Of a DNA stretch of 64,000 nucleotides, positions 10,753 to 20,562 are shown piece by piece. Origin of the DNA: an uncultured Acidimicrobiia bacterium (GTDB taxonomy: Bacteria > Actinomycetota > Acidimicrobiia > Spongiisociales > ZC4RG35); assembly GCA_963761985.1 (NCBI GenBank), contig CAVXIT010000001.1, positions 52,003-116,002 of the forward strand, read 5' to 3'. The notes below the pieces were generated by a model. That model worked only from the letters and a program-made list of their open reading frames with translations, was not told the origin of the DNA and did not search any database. Positions within the stretch are counted from its first letter, which is position 1, and every line of letters begins with the position of its first letter. A program made the position numbers and the translations under genes.

Positions 10753-12714
10753 GTGACCTCGCGCTCGACGCCCGAAAAGAAGCCCCAAGTAAAACCGCCT
10801 GGCTGGAAGGTGGAAGGTGTCCCTCCCGTTGAGGACGACAAAAGCCAGCCAATCAATCCATTGCGACGGGCACCTAACCGCCGGGTCCTCATCCTCGCCC
10901 TCGCACTGCTCGCCGCGAACTGGTTCCTGACGTCACTCCTTTTCACTCCCACCCGACTCGAACTGTCGTACACCGAGTTTCTCGACGCCGTGGAAACCGA
11001 AAAGGTGGAGACCGTCTTCTCGCAGGGGGACACGATCCAGGGGCGCTTCCTCGCCCCCCAAGAGAACCCTGACGATGCCAATGAGACTGCTGATTTGTTC
11101 TCGACGGTCAGGCCGAGCTGGGCCGACGACAACCTCGTCGAGACTTTGCGGGACAACAACGTCGAGATTTCGGCGGTCGATCCCGAGCAACGCCCTATCT
11201 GGCAGCAACTCCTCTTCGGTTTCGGACCGACACTGCTTCTCATCTGGATCTTTGTGGCCATGTGGCGTCGGGCCGGCTCGGCCCTCGGGGGCATCGGTGG
11301 TCTGGGCAAGAGCAGGGCCAAGCGCTTCGAAGCCAGCACCCAGCGGACGACTTTTGACGATGTCGCCGGAATCGACGACGCCAAGGCCGAACTGACCGAG
11401 ATCGTCGACTTCCTCAAGAATCCCGGCAAGTACACCCGGTTGGGCGGGGCGATCCCCAAGGGAGTCCTGCTCTCGGGCCCTCCCGGCACAGGAAAGACCT
11501 TGCTGGCCAGGGCAGTGGCGGGTGAAGCCAACGTGCCCTTCTTTTCGATGTCGGCCTCAGAATTCATCGAAATGGTCGTCGGCGTGGGAGCAAGCCGGGT
11601 TCGTGACCTTTTCGAGGAAGCGAAGAAGGTTGCTCCGGCGATCATCTTCATCGACGAGCTCGACGCGATCGGCCGGACCCGCGGAGGCGGCGTCTCCCTC
11701 GGCGGGCACGACGAACGCGAACAGACCCTCAACCAAATTCTCACCGAGATGGACGGATTCACCGGATCTGAAGGCGTCATCGTCATCGCCGCCACCAACC
11801 GGCCCGAGGTCCTCGATTCGGCTCTGATTCGACCCGGTCGCTTTGACCGCCAGGTCGCGGTGAGCCCTCCCGATCAGCGAGGACGCCTCTACATCCTCAT
11901 GATCCACACCCGCAATGTGCCTCTAAACGCTGACGCTGATCTCTCCTCGATCGCTTCGTCCACTCCTGGAATGGTCGGAGCCGATCTGCGCAACCTGGTC
12001 AACGAGGCGGCACTGATGGCCGCTCGTCGCAACCACGACGACGTAACGATGGCCGACTTTGCCGACGCGCTGGAGAAGATCGTGCTGGGGACCGAGCGTC
12101 AGATCATGATGTCGGATGCGGAGAAAGAACGGACGGCCTTTCACGAGGCGGGCCATGCCCTCCTCGGAATGCTGCTGCCTGGTGCCGACCCGGTCCGAAA
12201 GATCTCGATCATTCCCCGCGGCCGCGCCCTCGGTGTCACCTTCCAGTCCCCCGATGCCGACCGCTACGCCTACGACCGCGGCTACCTCGAAGGGCGAATT
12301 GTTGGAGCATTGGGTGGCCGTGCCGCCGAAGAGGTCGTGTTCGGCACGATCACCACTGGTGCCGAGAACGATCTGGTCCAGGTGACGAGGATCGCCCGAT
12401 CGATGGTTGGGAAATGGGGCATGTCCGACGTCATCGGGCCAATCACGGTCATCGATGAGAACCGGGAAGCATTCATGCGACCCGAGGTGGGCGAGAAGAC
12501 CCAGGAACTCATGGACGACGAGGTTCGCCGGATCGTCGATGAGTGCTACCAGCGCGCCGTGAACGTGCTCAAGGAACACCGCACTCAGCTCGATGCGATT
12601 GCCGCCGCTTTGCTCGATAAGGAAACGCTTGACGAAGCGGAGGCCTATCAAGTCGCAGGCATTACTCGGACCGACGACAAGATGGACGAGAAGCTGGAAA
12701 CGCTCTCGAGCTAA
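10753..12714 (+). CDS. ftsH: ATP-dependent zinc metalloprotease FtsH
   Basis: N-terminal TM segments, AAA Walker [26 protein letters not shown] zinc site, 653 aa. Confidence 0.9.
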   Translation: MTSRSTPEKKPQVKPPGWKVEGVPPVEDDKSQPINPLRRAPNRRVLILALALLAANWFLTSLLFTPTRLELSYTEFLDAVETEKVETVFSQGDTIQGRFLAPQENPDDANETADLFSTVRPSWADDNLVETLRDNNVEISAVDPEQRPIWQQLLFGFGPTLLLIWIFVAMWRRAGSALGGIGGLGKSRAKRFEASTQRTTFDDVAGIDDAKAELTEIVDFLKNPGKYTRLGGAIPKGVLLSGPPGTGKTLLARAVAGEANVPFFSMSASEFIEMVVGVGASRVRDLFEEAKKVAPAIIFIDELDAIGRTRGGGVSLGGHDEREQTLNQILTEMDGFTGSEGVIVIAATNRPEVLDSALIRPGRFDRQVAVSPPDQRGRLYILMIHTRNVPLNADADLSSIASSTPGMVGADLRNLVNEAALMAARRNHDDVTMADFADALEKIVLGTERQIMMSDAEKERTAFHEAGHALLGMLLPGADPVRKISIIPRGRALGVTFQSPDADRYAYDRGYLEGRIVGALGGRAAEEVVFGTITTGAENDLVQVTRIARSMVGKWGMSDVIGPITVIDENREAFMRPEVGEKTQELMDDEVRRIVDECYQRAVNVLKEHRTQLDAIAAALLDKETLDEAEAYQVAGITRTDDKMDEKLETLSS

Positions 12715-12722
12715 TCGCTTCT

Positions 12723-14954
12723 GTGCAGGACTGGGACCCAACTCAGCTGATCAGCGAGTGGGCTGAGCAACACGACGGCGAGCTGGTTGAGGTTCGAACC
12801 ATCCCCGCCCGCGAGGCACGATTTGGCTCCGTCGAACTCGACCCCTTCGTTGCCTCCCGGTTGGCAGAGCGCGGAGTGGAGCGGCTGTACCTGCATCAGG
12901 CCCAGGCAATCGACTCGATTCGCGCCGGACGTCACACAGTGCTTTCGGTGGGAACTGCCAGCGGCAAGTCGCTCGCCTTCCAGGTTCCGATCATGGAGTC
13001 GCTCCACGAGGACCCCAAGCGGTCGGCGCTTTTGCTCTATCCGACCAAGGCTCTAGCGCAGGATCAAGCGCGTTCGTTGCGCTCGTTCCGGATTCCGACG
13101 ATCAGCGCGGCGATCTACGACGGCGACACCCCGATCGAGAGCCGCACCGAAATCAGGCGTCGGTCCAATGTTGTCCTCACCAACCCCGACATGCTCCACG
13201 TCGGCATCCTTCCGTCGCACGATCGTTGGAGCGATTTCCTCCATCGGCTGCGATTTGTGGTCGTAGATGAGGTGCACAACCTGCGTGGCGTGTTTGGCAC
13301 TCACGTCGCCTTCATCCTTCGTCGCCTGCGCCGCCTCTGCGAGCACTACGGCTCGTCGCCTACTTTTATCTTTGCTTCGGCCACCATCGGCAATGCCGCC
13401 GAGCTGGCCTCGAATCTGACAGGTCTCGAGGTGCATCCAATTGCCGCCGACTACTCCCCCACCGGGAACCGCACGTTCGCTCTCTGGAATCCCGGGCTCA
13501 TCGATAGCGACCTCGGTCTCCGTCGCTCGGCTCTATCCGACGCAACCTCGGTCTTCGCGCATCTCGTTGCCAACGATCGGAAGACGATCGCCTTTGCTCG
13601 GGGTCGAAAGTCGACCGAGCTCATGTATCGATGGTCCCAAGGGAGGCTGGCTCGGGAGAAGAACATCGCCGCGTATCGGGGCGGCTACACGCCGGCGCAA
13701 CGGCGAAGCATTGAAGAAAAGCTGTTCGGAGGAGAGCTCGACGGCGTCATCGCCACCAACGCGCTTGAGCTCGGCATCGACGTCGGTGGACTCGATGCGG
13801 CGGTGGTCACCACTTTTCCCGGGACCATGGCGGCCTTCCGCCAACAAGCCGGTCGCGCAGGTCGGAGCCGCCAGGATTCGCTCGTGGTGCTCTCCGCCGG
13901 CGACGACGCTCTCGATCAATATCTGATGCGACATCCACAAGAACTCTTCGACCGTCCCACGGAAGCGGTGGTCGTCAATCCCGCGAACCCGCAACTGGCC
14001 GAAGCCCACGCCGCTTGTGCGGCCTATGAATTGCCGCTCGCTATCGACGATCGGGAGATCCTCGGCCCGGCGATGGAGGAAGCCGCCAATCGACTGGTCC
14101 AAGCCGGACACCTCCGCTTGAAGGACAGCCGGCTCTACTGGGCCCGCCGCCAACGGCCGGCACCTTCCATCGATCTTCGCTCGAGCAGCGGACCGCCTTA
14201 TCAGATCATCGTCCGCAAGGAGCTGTTGGGAACGCTGGACGGGGACCGGGTCAACCGCGACGCCCATCCGGGAGCGATCTATCTCCATCAAGGCGATAGC
14301 TACCTGGTTGAGTCGGTCGATCATGCTCTTCGCGAGGTGCGAGTGTCGGCGGCATCTGTCGATTACTACACCCAAACGAGAGCTGAGACAGACCTCTCCA
14401 TAGTGGACATGGCTGCTCGCTCGCCCGCAGGTCGGCTCGGCGTCTCGATCCATCTCGGAACAGTTGACGTCGAATCGCAGGTGATCGCCTATCAGAAGCG
14501 TTCTTTGAAGACCCGCGAAGTGATCGAAACGATCGATCTGGACGTTCCGCCGACCAGTCTCACGACCTCCGCCATTTGGCTCACCTTCCCCGACCTTGCC
14601 GATCTGGGAGCCGATCTGTTGGGAGCGCTGCACGCCGCCGAACACGCCGGCATCGCCTTGCTCCCCCTGATGGCAGTCTGCGATCGCTGGGACATTGGCG
14701 GTCTGTCGACCAACTTCCACCCCGATACCGGCACCGCCACCATCTTCATCCATGAGGGCTATGAGGGCGGAGCCGGCATCGCCCCGATCGCCTACGAACG
14801 TCACGAGCGCCACTGGAAGGCGACGCGCGATCTAATCGGCGAATGCCCCTGCCTCTCCGGGTGCCCCTCCTGCGTCCAGTCGCCCAAGTGCGGCAACCTG
14901 AACGAACCACTCTCCAAGGCCGGCGCCCTCCGCCTCCTCGACTTGTTTGTCTGA
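12723..14954 (+). CDS. DExH-box helicase with C-terminal DUF1998 Cys4 domain (SftH/MrfA-like)
   Basis: Walker A VGTASGKSLAF, DEVH box (VVDEVHNL), C-terminal CPCLSGCPSCVQSPKCGN; begins 8 bp after ftsH. Confidence 0.85.
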   Translation: MQDWDPTQLISEWAEQHDGELVEVRTIPAREARFGSVELDPFVASRLAERGVERLYLHQAQAIDSIRAGRHTVLSVGTASGKSLAFQVPIMESLHEDPKRSALLLYPTKALAQDQARSLRSFRIPTISAAIYDGDTPIESRTEIRRRSNVVLTNPDMLHVGILPSHDRWSDFLHRLRFVVVDEVHNLRGVFGTHVAFILRRLRRLCEHYGSSPTFIFASATIGNAAELASNLTGLEVHPIAADYSPTGNRTFALWNPGLIDSDLGLRRSALSDATSVFAHLVANDRKTIAFARGRKSTELMYRWSQGRLAREKNIAAYRGGYTPAQRRSIEEKLFGGELDGVIATNALELGIDVGGLDAAVVTTFPGTMAAFRQQAGRAGRSRQDSLVVLSAGDDALDQYLMRHPQELFDRPTEAVVVNPANPQLAEAHAACAAYELPLAIDDREILGPAMEEAANRLVQAGHLRLKDSRLYWARRQRPAPSIDLRSSSGPPYQIIVRKELLGTLDGDRVNRDAHPGAIYLHQGDSYLVESVDHALREVRVSAASVDYYTQTRAETDLSIVDMAARSPAGRLGVSIHLGTVDVESQVIAYQKRSLKTREVIETIDLDVPPTSLTTSAIWLTFPDLADLGADLLGALHAAEHAGIALLPLMAVCDRWDIGGLSTNFHPDTGTATIFIHEGYEGGAGIAPIAYERHERHWKATRDLIGECPCLSGCPSCVQSPKCGNLNEPLSKAGALRLLDLFV

Positions 14955-14978
14955 TTTCTCCCCCCTCCGGGGGAGAAA
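14955..14978. terminator. GC-rich hairpin (10-bp stem tttctccccc/gggggagaaa, 4-nt loop) between convergent helicase and tadE-like genes
   Basis: perfect inverted repeat seen directly in sequence immediately after the helicase stop; no U-tract. Confidence 0.45.
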
Positions 14979-14984
14979 CCAAAC

Positions 14985-15350
14985 CTAGGGGGCGAATTCG
15001 GCGCGACTGGTGGCTTCGACGATCACTTCGCCTACCAGGACCACGCGGGTGGCGACCTGCACCTCTACCTCGACTGCACGCGGATCGAAGTTGTCAACAG
15101 TTGGACAGAGGCAGCCGACGATGACGGCACCGTTGGCCGCGGCCAACTCGCTGGCCGCAGCGAGAGGCGACTGCTCTGCGATCGGTGGAAAAGTCATCGG
15201 CGCGGCAGCCAAAGCAGCGGCGTCGGCGGCGAGCACCGCCCGCGTCCGCGCCGCGACTATCTGGGCAGCTGCCACCACAGCCAGACCAACCGCGATGATG
15301 ACGAGCATCAGGGCAAGAGCCAGAACCGTTGCCGACCCTCGCTCTCTCAC
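14985..15350 (-). CDS. TadE-like protein (Rv3654c 'helicase/secretion neighbourhood' family)
   Basis: 121 aa, N-terminal hydrophobic pseudopilin-like segment (TVLALALMLVIIAVGLAVV); conserved position between helicase and tad genes. Confidence 0.65.
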   Translation of the reverse strand: MRERGSATVLALALMLVIIAVGLAVVAAAQIVAARTRAVLAADAAALAAAPMTFPPIAEQSPLAAASELAAANGAVIVGCLCPTVDNFDPRAVEVEVQVATRVVLVGEVIVEATSRAEFAP

Positions 15351-15679
15351 TGTTCAACTCGCATCGTTGCCCGGCCCGACAGCTCAACCGTGTACCAGCG
15401 CAAGATCGGCGTAACCAGCTGATGACGCAGCCGAATCGTGACGGTGGCAGGTCGACCAACCACTGCAGGTCTAGTCACCGTGACGCCGACTCTCGTCGCC
15501 ATCTCGGTTGAAAGCGCCGAGGTCGCTGCCACGACTGCCGCTTCCGGATTGGGACTGGTGGCGGCAACACGCGCGCCTTCGCGTGCTGCCGCCACCAGGT
15601 CAATCTGGATTCGAGCGACGACCACGATCTCCAGCACAGCCAGGAGGACGAGGATCAGAGTTGGGATCGTCAGGGCCAT
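15347..15679 (-). CDS. TadE/TadG-like pilus assembly protein
   Basis: GTVALEMALTIPTLILVLLAVLEIV TadE N-terminal motif; ORF nominally extends to 15964 over the flp gene; start uncertain. Confidence 0.6.
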   Translation of the reverse strand: MALTIPTLILVLLAVLEIVVVARIQIDLVAAAREGARVAATSPNPEAAVVAATSALSTEMATRVGVTVTRPAVVGRPATVTIRLRHQLVTPILRWYTVELSGRATMRVEQ

Positions 15680-15702
15680 CTCGAGCGCCACAGTTCCCTT
15701 CT

Positions 15703-15903
15703 CTAGAACTGACTGGCCACCCAACCCACGACCTTGCCCAGGATGGTGCTGATGATCGAGGTCCCTCCGCTCGACTGCACCCACTTGAAGAGAATCACGG
15801 CCAGAGCAGTCGCGGCAAGGATCACGAGGAAATACTCCACCGTTCCTTGCCCCCGTTCGTCGCGATTGGCGCGTTCTAGCCACCGTTTCCACAAAGCCAG
15901 CAT
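15703..15903 (-). CDS. flp: Flp family type IVb pilin
   Basis: 66 aa; prepilin processing motif G/TVEYFLVILAATALAV after a short leader. Confidence 0.75.
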   Translation of the reverse strand: MLALWKRWLERANRDERGQGTVEYFLVILAATALAVILFKWVQSSGGTSIISTILGKVVGWVASQF

Positions 15904-15960
15904 GACCGGCTCCTTTCGATTGCTTCCGGCGACCGGCCGGAGCGGGGGGAAGCGAATCGT

Positions 15961-16551
15961 TCACGGAAGCGAACCCTGCAGGTCGGTCAACGAGCCCAGG
16001 AGGACTGGCCCTACAAACAAAAGGACAAAGCCCGGAAGGATCAAAAGCCCGAGCGGGATCATCAACGTGACGGGAAGCCGGCGGGCCTTTTCGATTGCCC
16101 TGGTTCGACGTTCCATGCGCAGCTCGGCGAGGTAGGACGCCACCGCGTCAAGCATCGGAGCGCCGGACGCGGCGGCGCGGGCGAGGCGGGTGAGAAGCGA
16201 GTTGGTGTGCGGGCCGGTCCAGCGAGAGAGAGCCTGCGCAATCCCTTCTCGACGCGCCCGTCTGATCAAGAGGGTCAACTCTGCCGCGACTGCTCCGGTC
16301 GATCGCTCAGCCGCCAGCTGCAAGGTCGCCAAAAGAGGCAGCCCCGCGGCGAGGCCGACGAGAACGATGCGCGCCGCGAGGGCCTGTTGCTCAGGAACGA
16401 AATCGACAGGGCGGCGTCGCCGAAGGCTCGCCGGGAATCCGATGGCGACAACTACCAGAAGGAGAGGATGGAAAATGAACAAGGCCGCGGACGCCGCGGA
16501 GAGGAGCGGACGATCAACCGGTCGGCTCCAATTAACGCGAGTGCTGTTCAC
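15961..16551 (-). CDS. tadC: type II secretion system F family protein (TadC-like)
   Basis: 196 aa polytopic protein, 4-bp start/stop overlaps with neighbours, position in tad locus. Confidence 0.7.
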   Translation of the reverse strand: MNSTRVNWSRPVDRPLLSAASAALFIFHPLLLVVVAIGFPASLRRRRPVDFVPEQQALAARIVLVGLAAGLPLLATLQLAAERSTGAVAAELTLLIRRARREGIAQALSRWTGPHTNSLLTRLARAAASGAPMLDAVASYLAELRMERRTRAIEKARRLPVTLMIPLGLLILPGFVLLFVGPVLLGSLTDLQGSLP

Positions 16552-17213
16552 GCTCGGGCCCTCCGCATGAGAAGCGCCGCAGTGGCCATGCCTGCGACCA
16601 GGAACCCGATTCCGATCACGACCACCGCGGCTGAGACAAATCCGCCACGGAGCATTCGCGCCACTTCGCCGCGCCCGATTTGGATCAGGAGCAAGAGCAG
16701 CGGAAACCCGGCCACCAGCCCGATCGACCAGCGGGCTGCAACCGTCAACGAGCGCCGTTCCGCGATGAGTCCGGCCTCATCGGCTGCCTCGGCCGCCAGC
16801 GCTTCCAGCACCGGCGCCACCGAACCGCCCGTAACGCTGGTGACTTCGAGGACGATCGAGGCTGCCTCCAGTCCTTCGACCCGTGCCATCGATGCGCCAA
16901 CCTCGGCCATCGGCCTTCCCGCCGCGGCCAAGCGCGCAACCTGGTCGAGTCCCAACTCGGGATAGGTACTGACCGCGGCCACAAGTGAGGAGCGAAGCGA
17001 CATTCCTGCGCGGAGCTCAGCCGCTGCAGTCCGCAGCCATCCTGCGACTTGTTCGCCATAGAGCTCGCGGCGGCTGGCGAGCAAGACCTTGACGGTTGCA
17101 ACTGCCAGTACGGGAGCCGCAGCCAGGGGTTCCTGCCAGAGCAGAGCCAAACCGATCGCCGGACCCAGAGGGACAATTCCCCAGCAGCCAATGGCGAGGA
17201 CAAGCGCAGTCAC
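16548..17213 (-). CDS. tadB: type II secretion system F family protein (TadB-like)
   Basis: 221 aa polytopic protein adjacent to cpaF. Confidence 0.7.
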   Translation of the reverse strand: MTALVLAIGCWGIVPLGPAIGLALLWQEPLAAAPVLAVATVKVLLASRRELYGEQVAGWLRTAAAELRAGMSLRSSLVAAVSTYPELGLDQVARLAAAGRPMAEVGASMARVEGLEAASIVLEVTSVTGGSVAPVLEALAAEAADEAGLIAERRSLTVAARWSIGLVAGFPLLLLLIQIGRGEVARMLRGGFVSAAVVVIGIGFLVAGMATAALLMRRARA

Positions 17214-18310
17214 CAGTCCACCTGGTCAATGCGTCCATTCCGCACGATGCCGACCGAGGCCAGCCGGCGTTCGCCGTCTCGACGCTCAAGATGGAGGACG
17301 CAACCAATCGCCGCCCACAGTTGGCGTCGAACCGCTTCTTCGCCAACCCGCTCCTCCCCCGACAGCGCGAGCGTCTCCAGACGCCACATCGCCTCTTCGG
17401 GACTGTTGGCATGGACCGTTGCCATCGATCCAGCGTGACCCGTGTTCAATGCGTTGATCAGGTCGAGGGCCTCGGCGCCTCGGACCTCGCCGATGATGAT
17501 TCGGTCCGGTCGCAGGCGCAATGCCGAACGCAACAGAGTGCGGATGAGAATCGCCCCTTTACCCTCGGAATTCGGGGGATGTCCCTCGAGACGAACGACA
17601 TGTCCCCCGATTGCAAGTTCAGCGGCATCTTCGATCGTCACCACTCGTTGCGTCGCCGGGATCTCGGCAGCGAGAAGGTTGAGCAAAGTCGTCTTGCCGG
17701 TGCCGGTCCCACCGCTGACTATGAGGTTCTGGCGTTCGATCACGAGTGCGCGCATCTGCTCCAGCTGCCCGCTAGTGATCGATCCACGCGCGGCCAACTC
17801 GGAGAGCGAATCGATGGCTCGCACGAATCGCCTCACCGCCACGATCGGAAAGTCGACTGCCGCGGGAGGGATCACGGCGTGCAGCCTGCTCCCGTCAGGC
17901 AGGCGGGCATCGATGGTGGGCGATGCGCGATCGAGCCTCAAGCCGAGGGGAGCTATCACTCGCTCGACCGCAGCGACGACCGCAGCATCGTCAGCGAAGG
18001 CTGCGTCGGCTCGACTGAGGCGCCCTCGCTTCTCTACATAGATCGAGTTCGGTCCGTTGACCAGGACATCGCTCACATCGGGGTCTCGCAACAGGATCTC
18101 GAGAGGACCGAGGCCGACCAAACCGTCGACCAATTCCTCGACAAGTTCGGCGCCGGCGAGGGGTGCCTCCTCGGCCAGGAGACGACGGGCGGCCCTGCGC
18201 AGATTGTCTCGATCTAACGGCGTCCCTGAAGAGAGCAGTGCGCCGGTGACTCTCTCCGTGAGCTTCAGGGCCACGGCAGCTCCCATACCGATCGCCAGGC
18301 CTTCACCCAT
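17210..18310 (-). CDS. cpaF: CpaF/TadA family secretion ATPase
   Basis: VSGGTGTGKTTLLNLLAAEIP Walker A, GEVRGAEALDLINALNTGHAGSMATVHANS; ORF extends to 18583 but that N-extension is R/P-rich junk, so the start is likely near MGEGLAIGMG (~18310). Confidence 0.85.
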   Translation of the reverse strand: MGEGLAIGMGAAVALKLTERVTGALLSSGTPLDRDNLRRAARRLLAEEAPLAGAELVEELVDGLVGLGPLEILLRDPDVSDVLVNGPNSIYVEKRGRLSRADAAFADDAAVVAAVERVIAPLGLRLDRASPTIDARLPDGSRLHAVIPPAAVDFPIVAVRRFVRAIDSLSELAARGSITSGQLEQMRALVIERQNLIVSGGTGTGKTTLLNLLAAEIPATQRVVTIEDAAELAIGGHVVRLEGHPPNSEGKGAILIRTLLRSALRLRPDRIIIGEVRGAEALDLINALNTGHAGSMATVHANSPEEAMWRLETLALSGEERVGEEAVRRQLWAAIGCVLHLERRDGERRLASVGIVRNGRIDQVDW

Positions 18311-18840
18311 CGGTGGGCGGCGAGATGTCGGAACTCGAGCAAAGAGGTCAGGGCGGCCCGACCGAGCGGGGGCAAGATCGGGCCCGGGCCCGGCGGGCGC
18401 TGGCCGCGTCCAGTCAATTGCCAAACGGCGGGACGGGCTGCGGACGTGGACATGATTCCCGGTAGCAACGGCACTACCGGAACGACCGGCCAGGGCAGGT
18501 CCGGTGTCCCGACCGAAACCCGCAGGACGAGCACCGGCCATGCACCAGCGAGACGGTGGACCGTCTCGGCCGCCTCGTCCCAAGCAACGCCACCGTTTCT
18601 CATGATCGCCAGCGAGCCTCCGGCTGGTGAGAGCTCGACCCGACGAGGGCCTTCGGCGACCACGTCAGCCAGCGAACGCTCACCGGGATAACGCGGACCG
18701 GCCGGGTCAAGATCGAGGATCAAAGACATCGCGCCCGACGCGGCCGCCAGGCCAACCGGTGCAATGGCTCCGAGCACGGAGTCGAGCTCGGTCCTAATCC
18801 CCAGAACCCCTGTCATGGCTCCGAAAGTACGAAGCGACAC
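18265..18840 (-). CDS. Ssd/TadZ-like (CpaE-family, degenerate P-loop) protein
   Basis: MSLILDLDPAG..SLADV resembles Rv3660c-type septum-site/TadZ proteins; C-terminal part Pro/Trp-rich and overlaps the cpaF ORF extension. Confidence 0.45.
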   Translation of the reverse strand: MSLRTFGAMTGVLGIRTELDSVLGAIAPVGLAAASGAMSLILDLDPAGPRYPGERSLADVVAEGPRRVELSPAGGSLAIMRNGGVAWDEAAETVHRLAGAWPVLVLRVSVGTPDLPWPVVPVVPLLPGIMSTSAARPAVWQLTGRGQRPPGPGPILPPLGRAALTSLLEFRHLAAHRWVKAWRSVWELPWP

Positions 18841-18903
18841 TTCCGCCTGCTACCCCTTGTATCGCCACAGCGCATATGGCATTAATGGAGGTTTTCGTAG
18901 ACT

Positions 18904-19707
18904 TTGCAGATGCCAGGCCAGGCTGCGTTCTTCGATCTGGACAAGACGATCATCGCCCGCTCGTCGACCCTGGCCTTCTCCCGGCCGCTTTACAAAGCCG
19001 GCCTCCTCAACCGAAGGGCTCTGCTAAAGGCCGCGATCGCCCAAACCTATTACCAGATGTTTGGAGCCGATCACAGCCAGCTCGATCGAATGCGACAGGA
19101 GCTCGCCCGACTCACCACCGGTTGGAATCGAGCCGAGATCGAAACGCTCGTCCATGAAACCGTCGATGAAGTAGTCGCCCCTCTGGTTTATGCCGAGGCG
19201 CTCTCAATCATCGATCAGCATCAGCGGGCCGGTCGCAAGGTTGTCGTGATCTCCTCGTCGCCGCTCGAGATCGTGGAGCCGCTCTGCCTATGGCTCGGAC
19301 TGATCGACGTCATTGCTACCCGACCCGAAGTCGATGAGGACGGCCGCTATACCGGTGCCCTCGATTTCCACGCCTATGGGCCCGCCAAGGCAGAAGCCAT
19401 GCGCGAGCTGGCCATCCGGGAAGACATCTCGCTTCCCGACTCGTTCTCCTATTCCGACTCCATCACCGATCTTCCGATGATGGAGGCAGTGGGGCATCCC
19501 GTTGCGGTAAATCCCGACAAGGAGCTGCGTGAGGTGGCAATCGAGCGCGACTGGGAGATTCTCGAGTTCGAAAAGCCGGTCGCACTAAAATCGCGCATCC
19601 AGCCGATTCCGGTCCTCGCCGGGGCAGCCGCGGCCGGGGCCGCAACGGCGCTGACGGTTTGGGCGATCAGGAATCGTCGGCGGGGATCTGGAAGCCCACG
19701 GGCCTAG
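18904..19707 (+). CDS. HAD-IB family hydrolase
   Basis: FFDLDKTII motif I, 267 aa; corresponds to the Rv3661-type gene in the mycobacterial neighbourhood. Confidence 0.8.
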   Translation: MQMPGQAAFFDLDKTIIARSSTLAFSRPLYKAGLLNRRALLKAAIAQTYYQMFGADHSQLDRMRQELARLTTGWNRAEIETLVHETVDEVVAPLVYAEALSIIDQHQRAGRKVVVISSSPLEIVEPLCLWLGLIDVIATRPEVDEDGRYTGALDFHAYGPAKAEAMRELAIREDISLPDSFSYSDSITDLPMMEAVGHPVAVNPDKELREVAIERDWEILEFEKPVALKSRIQPIPVLAGAAAAGAATALTVWAIRNRRRGSGSPRA

Positions 19708-20053
19708 CCGCGCGGGCGAGGATCGGCAACAGCTCGATGTGCGAGTCTTCATCCAGGAAATCGAGCACGGCGTGGCCCAGCTCGGCCGAAAAGGCGTAAG
19801 GCTCGACCAACTGGACGACGTCGTCACGGCTAACCGACTCGACGACTAGTTCCTCGACGACGACCTTGAGCGCCTCACCGATGGGCCGGGTCGCGGCGAT
19901 CAGAGATCGGTCCCCCAGTTGAGTCACGAGCGCGCCCAGCAGATGTTCGTGCTCGAGCGACAAGACGGCCACAATCTCCGCCTTTTCGAGATGACGCCTC
20001 CATTGACCAACCGTCATCTGCTCGACCGGTTGAACCACTGCCACCCGTCTCAT
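19667..20053 (-). CDS. hypothetical protein (128 aa)
   Basis: non-junk composition, start overlaps GNAT stop (ATGA), no recognisable motif. Confidence 0.4.
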   Translation of the reverse strand: MRRVAVVQPVEQMTVGQWRRHLEKAEIVAVLSLEHEHLLGALVTQLGDRSLIAATRPIGEALKVVVEELVVESVSRDDVVQLVEPYAFSAELGHAVLDFLDEDSHIELLPILARAARPVGFQIPADDS

Positions 20054-20547
20054 CGGAGCGTTTTCTGGTAGCGGATCTCGGTGAGCTGGCGGCCACCCAG
20101 TTCCATCAGCGCTGTGCGCGACTCAGCTTTCCAGCCCATCGCCTCGTAGAAATCACGCGCCGCCAGGTTGTCGACGAACACCCAGAGAATCGCGGCCTCA
20201 TAGCCCATTTCCTTCAAGCGTTGCTCCGCCGCGCTGAGGAGCGGGCTCCCGAAACCACGCCGGTAAAGAGCAGGATCGAGATAGATCGACTGGATCTCGC
20301 CCAGGCTGGCGTCTTCAGCTGGCGCCACCCGGGTGAATCCGACGACATTGCCGTCGGACTCGACGACGAACGTCTGTTGCTCACCGAGGTTGGTGGCCCA
20401 CATCTCCTGGCGCTCTTTGATCGAAAACCCGTCCAGGAACTCTGCAGGAAGGATCTCGCGATATGCCGCTTGCCACGATCGAACGTGGATTTCGGCGATG
20501 CGAGGGACGTCGGACAGTTCGGCCGGTCGGACGTGCGCCACGTGCAA
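20050..20547 (-). CDS. GNAT family N-acetyltransferase
   Basis: 165 aa, acetyl-CoA binding region RRGFGSPLL. Confidence 0.8.
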   Translation of the reverse strand: MHVAHVRPAELSDVPRIAEIHVRSWQAAYREILPAEFLDGFSIKERQEMWATNLGEQQTFVVESDGNVVGFTRVAPAEDASLGEIQSIYLDPALYRRGFGSPLLSAAEQRLKEMGYEAAILWVFVDNLAARDFYEAMGWKAESRTALMELGGRQLTEIRYQKTLR

Positions 20548-20562
20548 TTATGACCCGCCCTG

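Noticed and set aside
10575-11798. 407-aa minus-strand ORF
   Set aside because: It is antisense to ftsH, with Ser/Arg/Pro-rich low-complexity composition.
13533-14813. 426-aa minus-strand ORF
   Set aside because: It is antisense to the DUF1998 helicase.
17096-18217. 373-aa plus-strand ORF
   Set aside because: It is antisense to cpaF.
18265-18583. 318-bp overlap of the cpaF and ssd-like ORFs as a possible further frameshift
   Set aside because: Both extensions are R/P/W-rich junk and the third frame is closed by stops. The simpler reading is that cpaF starts at an internal start near 18310 and the ssd-like gene has a Pro-rich tail. I see no evidence of a continuous protein across frames.
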